A DNA stretch of 46,635 nt from Octopus sinensis (taxonomy: Eukaryota). The position numbers and the translations under genes were made by a program. Shown here piece by piece: positions 37,700-46,635 of this stretch. The DNA lies in the NCBI RefSeq assembly GCF_006345805.1, contig NW_021834801.1:1-46635 (forward strand), given 5' to 3'. The notes below the pieces were generated by a model that ran no database searches, was not told the DNA's origin, and saw only the letters and a list, made by a program, of their open reading frames with translations. Numbering within the stretch: position 1 is the first letter of the stretch; every line of letters starts with the position of its first letter.

Positions 37700-38916
37700 T
37701 CGTGAACAAGCCGGGTAAAATGCTTAGCGGCATTTTGCCCGTCTTTACGTTCTGAGTTCAAATTCCGCCGAGGTCGACTCTACTTTTCACATTTTCGGCA
37801 TCGATCAAATAAATACCAGTAAATCACTGGGATCGATATAATCGATTTAATCCTTCACCCGAAATTTCTGGCCTTTTACCAAAATTTGAAATCATTATTA
37901 TTGTTATACTAGATGAAAAAGGCGGTGAGTTGGAAGAATCGTTAAGCACGTCGAACAAAATGCTTACCAGTATTTCGTCCGTCTTCACGTTTTGAGTTCA
38001 AATTCCGCCGAGGTCGACTTTGCCTTTCATCCTTTTGGGGTTGACAAAATAAGTACCAGTAGACCACTCGAGTCGATATAATCGACTAGTCATCTCCACA
38101 CAAATTTCAGGCCTTGTGCCTTTAGTAGAAAAGATTATTATACGAGAGGAAAACGGCGGCAAGCTTGGCAGAATCGTTAGCGCGCTGCGCAAAACGCTTA
38201 GCGGCATTTCGTCCGTCTTTACGTTCTGAGTTCAAATTCCCCGAAGGTCGACTTTACCTTTCATCTTTGTGGGATCAACAAAATAAGTACTAGTAAATCA
38301 CTGGGGCCGATGTAATCGACTTAATCTCTCCCCCGAAATTTCTGGCCTTGCCAAACTTTGAAACCATTATTCTAGCAGATTAAGTTCGAATGCTGTTGAG
38401 GTTAACATTGCCTTTCATTCCTTCGGGGCCGATAAAGTAAATGCCAGTTTTGCTTTGGCGTTGATGTAATCAACAAGCCCCTCCACACAATTTCAGGCCT
38501 TGTGCCTAGAGTACAAAAGATTATTATACGAGAGGAAAACGGCGGCAAGCTTGGCAGAATCGTTAGCGCGCTGCGCAAAACGCTTAGCGGCATTTCGTCC
38601 GTCTTTACGTTCTGAGTTCAAATTCCCCGAAGGTCGACTTTACCTTTCATCTTTGTGGGATCAACAAAATAAGTACTAGTAAATCACTGGGGCCGATGTA
38701 ATCGACTTAATCTCTCCCCCGAAATTTCTGGCCTTTGCCAAACTTTGAAACCATTATTCTAGCAGATTAAGTTCGAATGCTGTTGAGGTTAACATTGCCT
38801 TTCATTCCTTCGGGGCCGATAAAGTAAATGCCAGTTTTGCTTTGGCGTTGATGTAATCAACAAGCCCCTCCACACAAATTTCAGGCCTTGTGCCTAGAGT
38901 ACAAAAGATTATTATA
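37700..38916 (+). mobile_element. Family A SINE cluster including a tandem duplication of about 387 bp (38131-38516 / 38517-38904)
   Basis: Successive heads and cores. The two units differ essentially only by single-base homopolymer indels. Confidence 0.9.
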
Positions 38917-39839
38917 TTGGGTCGTCCCACAAATAAAGCGGGTTTTTTTAATTGCATGAAATAAAAGTCGGAGGTGCGGGATAAACTACCTGCATCAACT
39001 TTCTATAAAAGCAGGTAGTAATTTTACTTTATCCTTATTCTTAGTGCAAGTTTTGAAGAGTGCAGTTCGATTTTAATATTTATATTTTCAAAGCTATAAT
39101 GGAAGTTTCAAAGGAGCATATTCGGTATATTTTGCTTTATGAGTTCAATAAAGGCAACAACACAACGGAAAGTGCGAGGAATATTAATGCAGTATATGGG
39201 GATTAGACAATAAGCATAAGCCAGTATCAATGATGGTTCTAGAAATTCTGAACCGGAAAGTACAGCCTTGAAAACGATCCTCGTCCTGGAAGATCTGTAG
39301 AGCTCGACGAGGACGTCTTGCAAACCCTAGTGGAACAAAATCCCATCGTTACTGTTGAGGAACAAGCAGAGAATATTGGATTTGGTCATTCAACCATTCA
39401 TCGGCACCTGGGTGCCATCGGGAAACGACTATCTTTGGTTTCAAGAAGAAATGTCTTCTTCCATCGGGAAAATGCTCGGTTACATAGAGCGAGGATGACA
39501 TTCCAAAGGCTGGAGCAGTTAGAATGGGAAACGATGCCTCACTTGTCGTATTCACCGGACATTGCCCCATCTGATTATCATTTATTCCGTAGTCTTCAAA
39601 ATAATTTGAATGGAAAAAATATAAATTCTGTAGACGAGGTCAGAACAGTGATAGAGGAGTAGTTTTCGTCACAGACAAGGGAATTTTGGAAGTGGGGGCC
39701 TTGCAAGTCTACCAGATAGATAGAAGAGCATTGTAGAAAATGAAGGAGAGTATATTTTAGATTAAAAAAGAACTTTATCTTAATTTTGAAAAATAATGGA
39801 AGTGTCAAAAAAACCCGCATTATTTATGGGATGACCCAA
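38917..39839 (+). mobile_element. Internally deleted mariner (DD34D) element with a pseudogenised transposase (39099-39765)
   Basis: TIRs TTGGGTCGTCCCACAAATAAAGCGGGTTTTTT / AAAAAACCCGCATTATTTATGGGATGACCCAA with TA on both sides. N-terminal HTH region MEVSKEHIRYILLYEFNKG...PRPGRS and C-terminal HRENARLH and YSPDIAPSDYHLF. The WVPHEL/first-Asp region is missing and there are in-frame stops. Confidence 0.95.
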
Positions 39840-40029
39840 TACTAGATTGAGTTCAAATGCTGCCGAAGTCGATTTTGCATTTCATCATTTCGGGGTCGAT
39901 AAAATAAGTACCTACTGACCACTGGGTCGATTTAATTGACTTCCCCTCTCCTAAAAAATTACGGGTTATGCGCCAAAATTCGAAAGAATTACTGTCATTA
40001 TGTTCTTCATCACAATCTTTATCTACAGC

Positions 40030-40885
40030 TTCTGATTCACAGTTGTCGCCGTCGCCATCAGCGTCGATATAATCGTACACCACCACCACCCTCATCATCA
40101 TCATCAGCATCATCATCGGCGTTGTTGTCGTCGTCGTCGTCGTCATCAACATCGTTATCATTATTATCGTTATCATCATCACCATCATCATCATCATCGT
40201 TGTGGTCATCGTCTCATTATCATCACCATCATCGTCGTCGTCGTCGTCGTCACCATCATCGCCAATATGTCCATGACCATCACCTTCTATCTTTTTTTGT
40301 TAGTATCCTCCCCTCGTCTACCTCTCCAGTCGTGCCCCTCATCTATCTTCTTCACTTGAACGGAATTCATTACATTTAATCAATTGATTGATGTCCGTTT
40401 GCCTTTGTCATTAATTGTGGCCATTGTTCCACTTAATGGTCAAACACAAAGTACACCATTACTGTCACCATCATCACCACCACCACCACAAACACCAACA
40501 CCACCACAACTACTACCAACACTTTGCATTCACCCTTACCATAAGCATCATCACAACTAGTTCTTCCACAATCACCAACACCAAGGTATCCCCACTTCCA
40601 CCATTCCCAGCTTCCCTACCACCACCATCACCACCAACATCACCATCATCACCATCACCAATATCGCCTTCACAATCGTCTTTACCACCACCAAAAAAAA
40701 ACCAGCACCATCCCACCATCAATACAACTTCATCATCTTTACTACACTTTCTAATAGCAATACCACCATCATCAGTAGCACCACCTTCACCACTACCACT
40801 ATCATCACCACCATCACCACCATCTCCATAAATACCATCATCCCTAACCCTCTCCTTCACCACCACCGCTGCCACCGCCATTGCA
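40030..40885. repeat. Degenerate CAT/CAC/CGT trinucleotide low-complexity tract
   Basis: Directly visible. Similar tracts lie at 36690-36810, 37120-37275 and 44940-45205. Confidence 0.9.
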
Positions 40886-40917
40886 ACCGTAACTATGCTA
40901 AAGGGTTATTATCTTAA

Positions 40918-41167
40918 CCCTTCAGCATTTAAGTCGGCCATATTCAACCCAAATATTCTACTGGTTCCATGCTTAGAGTGTAGTGTAAGTGTAATTACGT
41001 ATGAGAGGCCGATCAGATCCGGCCTCTCATACCTAACCAGCAATGTCATTCTAGAAATATGCAATCACAGCGTCAAAATCTCGAAGCTACGAGATAAAAA
41101 CACGATTAATTCAAACCAATGTTAATAAGCTTTACATTTCACCGAATAACCTGGAGGCTATGTGGGG
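40918..41167. mobile_element. piggyBac-like MITE relic
   Basis: Begins TTAA|CCCTTCAGCAT with a degenerate right end ...CTATGTGGGG|TTAC. An inverted copy of the terminus (ATGCTAAAGGGTTA) lies immediately upstream at 40895-40908. Confidence 0.45.
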
Positions 41168-41235
41168 TTACAAAAAAAAATAAAAGAAAGTAATACTGAA
41201 TATAATTATCGTCCTGTAGGCACTGAAGAAGAAGG

Positions 41236-41540
41236 AGCACTCCGTCGGTTGCGACGACGAGGGTCCCAGCTGATACGATCAACGGAACAGCTTGCTCATG
41301 AAATTGATGTGCAAGTGGCTGAGTATTCGACAGACACGTGTACCCTTGACATAGTTCTCAAGGAGATTGAGCGGAACACAGTGAGTGACAAGGCTAGCCC
41401 TTTTGAAATACAGGTACTACTCATTTTTGCCAGCTGAGTGGACTGGAGCAATGTGGAGAATAAAGTGTCTTGCTCAAGGACACAACGCGTCGCCGGGAAT
41501 CGAACTCACAGCTTTACAATCATGAGCCGAATGCCCTAAC
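41236..41540 (-). mobile_element. SINE with a family C head and a different 3' module
   Basis: The reverse complement starts GGAGGGCGCGTGGCTTAGTGGTTAGG and shares CTCCAGTCCACTCAGCTGGCAAAAATGAGTA with 3026-3280, then diverges. Confidence 0.8.
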
Positions 41541-41748
41541 CACTAAGCCACGCGCCCTCCCTGTAGGCACTATACTTTATATAAAGATGGAGTAGTTAAA
41601 GATGTAGTGGTTCGATTATAGGTCTACTCAATCAGAGCTGATATATGATTAGTCAACAACAATAACAAGAGCAACTACTATACTCCAACATTTCACTCTA
41701 ATTACATTATACACTCAACATGATATACCACTACCAACAACAATAACA

Positions 41749-42110
41749 GTGGAGGCGCAGTGGCCCAATGGTTAGGGCAGCGAACTCGCGGTCGGAGGAA
41801 CGAGGTTTCGATTCCCAGACCGGGCGTTGTGTGTGTTTATTGAGCGAAAACACCTAAAGCTCCACGAGGCTCCAGCAGGGTGTGGTGGCAACCCCTGTTG
41901 TACTCTACTCTTTCACTCCAACTTTCTCTCACTCTTTCTTCCTGTTTCTTGTCCCCGACTTCCTACGCATCCGCTGAGCCTGGATGCGCATTCATCCATC
42001 CGTCGATGCTCTCGGTGTCGGGGGTTAACCTGCTTTCTCTTCTGCGGGTCTTACGAATAGCAAAGGACCTCGTTTCGGACTTCTCCCATTTTGCGAGTTC
42101 TGGGACGAAG
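41749..42110 (+). mobile_element. tRNA-derived SINE family D
   Basis: Head GTGGAGGCGCAGTGGCCCAATGGTTAGG...GGTTTCGATTCCC, homologous to 6170-6484 in its 5' half. Confidence 0.8.
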
Positions 42111-42314
42111 ACCGTTCGCTCAACAGCAACAGGAACAACAACATCACCGTCGTCAAAAATTCATCTGCACCACTGCTACCATCTCTTCATATTCTTTACT
42201 TTGTCTGCCACAAACCACCTCAACCACCTCTACGGGCAAGTCAACGAGAGAATATCTGCGCAAGAAATAGCAGTCGTGTCTCCAAAATTTATCTTAACAT
42301 TCGAAAATAAAAGC

Positions 42315-42865
42315 TTATGAGTATACTTATTTCTACTCTAGGCACAGGGCGCGAAATTTTTTTTTTTTGGGTTGGGGGCAGTCGATTAGATCGACCCCAG
42401 TACGCAATTGGTATTTAATTTATCGATGCCGAATGGATGAAAGGCAAAATTGACCTCGGCGGAATTTGAACTCAGAACGTAAAGATAGACGAAGCAGATG
42501 AATATGCTCTTTTTTATCTACTCTCGGCACAAGGTCCGAAATTTTTGGGGAGGTGAGACCAGTTGATTAGATTGACCCCAGTACGCAACTGGTACTTAAT
42601 TTATTGACCCCGAAAGGATGAAAGTCAAAGTCGACCTCGGCGGAATTTGAACTCAGAACATAAAGACAGACGAATCTTACGAATATACTTTTTTTTTACA
42701 CTAGGCACAAGGCCTGAAATTTCAGGGAAGGGGTCAGTCGATTAGATTGACCCCAGTACGCAACAAGTATTTAATTTATCGGCACTGAAAAGATAAAAGG
42801 CAAAGTCGACCTCGGCGGAATTCGAACTCAGAACGTAAAGCCATACGATGCTTATGAATATACGG
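42315..42865 (-). repeat. Tandem triplication (period about 185 bp) of a headless family A SINE body plus spacer
   Basis: Three bodies, each bounded by a related CTTATGAATATAC-like motif. Confidence 0.85.
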
Positions 42866-43290
42866 AATAACTGAATACTCTAATTCTCCACTAGTTGTAA
42901 GAGGATAGAAAGAAAACAGCTCAGCCACGGATGGAACACGAAAGAGGCGGCAAAATGTTTGGAAGTGAATTCTCAGCAAAATATTTATATATGAACATGC
43001 AACAGAAAATGGCAACAACCTCTCGTGGAAACAAATCTCAAGCAAAGAATAACAGATTCTGCAGCAGTCTTTATCGAGTTTCTTCTTTTTTTTTACTTCT
43101 TTCAGTCAGTTGACTGCGGTCATGCAGGAGCAACACCCAACGGTTTTAGTCGAACAAATCGAACCCAGGACTTTTTAAAGGCTAGTACTTGGTCTATCGG
43201 TTGCTGAACCGCTAAGTTACGGGGGCCGTATAGCCTTCAACACCGGTTGTCAAGCGGAGATGACAGGGGGACAATCACAGGCACAGACAC

Positions 43291-43332
<42 letters not shown>

Positions 43333-43391
43333 GTAGTAGTAGTAGTAACAGAAAAGAGGAATTTCGATTATCCCCACGTGGTGAGTTGTAA

Positions 43392-43572
43392 TGTATATAA
43401 GAAATTAAAAATGGAAAATGCGCACACTTACATGGCTTTAATATAATTTTTGATATATCTTCTTGCTGAGGGCGAGGTGCGTTTGCCCGTCTCCTCAGCA
43501 AGAAGATATATTAAAAATTATATTAAAACTATGTAAGTGTGCGTATTTTCCTTTTTTAATTTCTTGTATATA
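43392..43572. repeat. Long hairpin with 80-bp inverted arms and a 21-nt spacer (possible fold-back MITE)
   Basis: 43392-43471 vs the reverse complement of 43493-43572 shows 7 mismatches and no indels. Confidence 0.93.
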
Positions 43573-44257
43573 TATATATATATATATATATGCATGTATG
43601 TATACGACGGGCTTCTTTCAGTTTCCGTCTACCCAATCCACTCACAAGGCTTTGGTAGGCCCGAGGCTACAGTAGAACACACTTCCCCAAGGTGCCACGC
43701 AGTGGAACTGAACCCGGGGCCATGTAATTGGGAAGCAAGCTACTTACCACTCAGCCACGCCTGTTTTTTTTTTTTTTTTTTTTTTTAGTCGTTTAATCAG
43801 AGGTCGAAGAGAAACATGATCTGTTTTACAAAGTCTCCGATTCAAGTAGTTGGAAAGATCGGGAGTAGCAAGCTACCTAATAGTAGCAGAGTGGACTCCA
43901 CTAAAGAGAGCAAAGAACAACCAACGTTCAGGTGATAGAATTAAATTAGGCAAAAGATTCACCAGAGAAGGATTAAGTCGACCAAATAGCATATGAGATT
44001 TTATGCACTTTACTCGCAAGACGCATTGCGACAACAGCAAATGTAACAATGCCCAACACGGGAACATAACGCGAAAAATATCTAAACATCTTCATGTGTA
44101 ACTTGAATGGCCAAACAAAATCGCGTGTATCGAACTTAATTCAACGTTATACATTGGGGGGTTGGGACGGTTGTGTGTTATAGAACACAGTGCAATAATC
44201 CTAAGGTAGGGATATTTCAAATCCGCAAACTTCTATAAGCCATGACAGACTAATACC

Positions 44258-44515
44258 TATTTCTTTACTACCCACAAGGGGCTAAACACAGAGAGGGCAA
44301 ACAAGGACAGACAAACGGATTAAGTCGATTATATCGACCCCAGTGCGTAACTGGTACTTATTCAATCGACCCCGAAAGGATGAAAGGCGAAGTTGACTTC
44401 GGCGGAATTTGAACTCAGATCGTAGCGACAGATGAAATACCTATTTCTTTATTACCCACAAGGGTAATAAAGCATTTCGCCCGGCGTGCTGACGTTTCTG
44501 CCAGCTCGCCGCCTA
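44258..44515 (-). mobile_element. Full-length family A SINE with a 16-bp TSD
   Basis: ATGACAGACTAATACC at 44242-44257 and 44516-44531. Confidence 0.93.
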
Positions 44516-44613
44516 ATGACAGACTAATACCGTTAGACACCTCGTATCACCTATAAAATCATACATTCCGTACATAAACAACTCAGGTTTTGATGCTGCT
44601 TTTAACACTGATG

Positions 44614-44882
44614 GTGGAGGCGCGTGGCTTAGTGGTTAGGGTGTCAGCATCGTGATCGTTATATTGTGGTTTCGATTCCTGGACCGGGCGACGCGTTGTG
44701 TTCTTGAGCAAACACTGATTCATTTCATCGTCACTTCCTCCAGTTCACTCACTGGCACAAATGAGTAACGTGCGATGGACTGTGGCGTCCCGTCTAGCTG
44801 TGGTAACATATACGCCCATAGAAACCGGGAAACCGGGCCATGAGCCTGGCTAGGCTTTAAAAGGCGCAATTTATTTTATTTA
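44614..44882 (+). mobile_element. SINE family C with a 12-bp TSD
   Basis: TTTTAACACTGA at 44600-44611 and 44883-44894. Homologous to 3026-3280. Confidence 0.88.
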
Positions 44883-44940
44883 TTTTAACACTGACACGGG
44901 ATGATGGCTCTGATCGTCTGTTGCTGCTAGTGTTACTGCA

Positions 44941-44981
<41 letters not shown>

Positions 44982-45657
44982 GGAGGAGGAGGAGGAGGAG
45001 GAGGAGGAAGAGGAGAAAGAGGAGGAGGAGGAGGGGAGAAAAATAGTGTGGTGGTGGTGGTGGTGGTGGTGGTGGTGGTGGTGGTGGTGATGTACGTGGT
45101 GGTGCTGATCGTCGGCATCGCAGACGTGGTGATGATGACGGTGGTGGTGGTGGTGTGATGGTGGTGATGATGATGATGGTGGTTGTGGTGGTCGTGGTGG
45201 TGATACCGTTGATATCTGGTTTTAGTTGACACAATAGCAAATTTTGCAGTGGGGAAATCGGGGGTGGGTGGAGAGCGCAGAGTGGAGCGGAGGACCATTA
45301 CAATAGATGGTATCGATCTTCTGGAGTTTGATTGGTGTATTCTTTGTTGACCTTGGCGGACTTTGAACTTTCAAAAGTGAAACATTGAAATTTACAGACC
45401 GTGACAAAGTTAGTCATGTGGTGACTTTCATTTCTACATAACGTATATGTATGTGTGTGCGCATGAGCATGCGTTCATGCGTGTGTGTCTGTGTGTGTAT
45501 GTGTTGTATGTGTATGTGTGTGGTTGTCTTTGTTCGAATGTGTGACGCGCACTCACAAACATTCATACATACAAATACAAATACATACATACGTACATTC
45601 ATGTATATGCTATACATGTCTGTGTGTGTGTGGATGTGTGTGGATATACACACACAC

Positions 45658-45720
<63 letters not shown>

Positions 45721-46059
45721 TAGCTGTATGTAAATATATGTGCATACATTCATAAATATTATATGATCTTAACTTCTTAACATCTTTAGTTGTTTGGTTT
45801 CTTTTAGACAGCACGGCCAAGGCCATCATGGAGCACTATTTTGTATATAGATATATATAGACACACAAACATGCACACACAAACACACACAAACACATAT
45901 GTGTGTGTATTTGTGTGTGCAGTTGTGTTTACAAATATATATACATATCCACATGGGTATTATACGTGCATTATATATGTGCATATGTATATGTGTGTTT
46001 GTGTTTCATATACATACTCATGTGGATATGTGTGTACACACACACACACACACACACAG

Positions 46060-46090
<31 letters not shown>

Positions 46091-46099
46091 TAGATATAT

Positions 46100-46167
<68 letters not shown>

Positions 46168-46635
46168 ATACAGAGAGCGAGAGAGAGAGACACACAGACA
46201 CATATATATCTATAAACATGTTATCATACATACATAAATGGGAATCGTCTGTATGTGTGTTCGACTTCTATTCAGAGATTACAAAATGTCCGCATACACT
46301 CAAACACGCACACACACACTACCCAGAACTATAGCCAAAATTATTCGCCATCTCACAGTGGAGTTATGCATAAAATTTATCTTAAAACATTAATCAACAA
46401 TGCGTATAAATGCAATGTTTTAACTGTAAAATGTAGACATTTTGTCGAACAAATATTTCTCTTCCATATAATGGCAGTAAAGAAGAAGAATACAGAAACT
46501 TAGGAATTTGAACATAGTTTCTAAACCTGCTTGAACTAACCATCGTATCTAACTCATATCACTTTGTATTGTTTAATATATAATATATCTATCACCTGAG
46601 ATGTATAACGTGTAAGCACTTGCTTACGAACGACA

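Noticed and set aside
41162-41437. 91-aa protein-looking ORF (MGLQKKIKES...)
   Set aside because: It lies almost wholly in the antisense strand of a SINE.
41749-41825. tRNA-like sequences here and at 3026, 3865, 7585 and 44614
   Set aside because: They have A/B boxes but no complete cloverleaf, and each continues into a repeated body, so they are SINE heads, not tRNA genes.
43870-43995. AEWTPLKRAK, faintly like an RTE LINE C-terminus
   Set aside because: The similarity is too short and degenerate to call.

Overview
AT-rich, microsatellite-saturated eukaryotic (animal) genomic DNA. The repeat families resemble those I recall from Octopus, so a coleoid cephalopod origin is inferred, not shown. 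Nearly all ORFs in the supplied track are translations of simple repeats or SINE sequence and are not genes. The only credible host-gene trace is a candidate transmembrane-encoding exon (4455-4586, +) with a possible terminal exon at 5314. The rest is a dense transposable-element graveyard: at least four tRNA-derived SINE families; a Tc1 relic; an internally deleted mariner with intact TIRs and TA duplication; a restriction-like-endonuclease (RLE) LINE relic; two Helitron-like and one Helentron/HINE-like non-autonomous elements; four copies of a GG-terminated, 8-bp-TSD (Merlin-like) MITE/foldback family carrying TTAGGG repeats; and small hAT- and piggyBac-like MITEs. There are also several local tandem and inverted duplications. 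No multi-gene protein system is present. The best candidates for undescribed biology are (1) a near-complete type I hammerhead ribozyme fold on the minus strand at 28143-28205, (2) a SINE whose 3' end matches an internal site of itself and repeatedly forms single-headed head-to-tail arrays, and (3) long fold-back structures that would form dsRNA if transcribed. Everything was read by eye. Boundaries of degenerate repeats are approximate, and family names need a database search.
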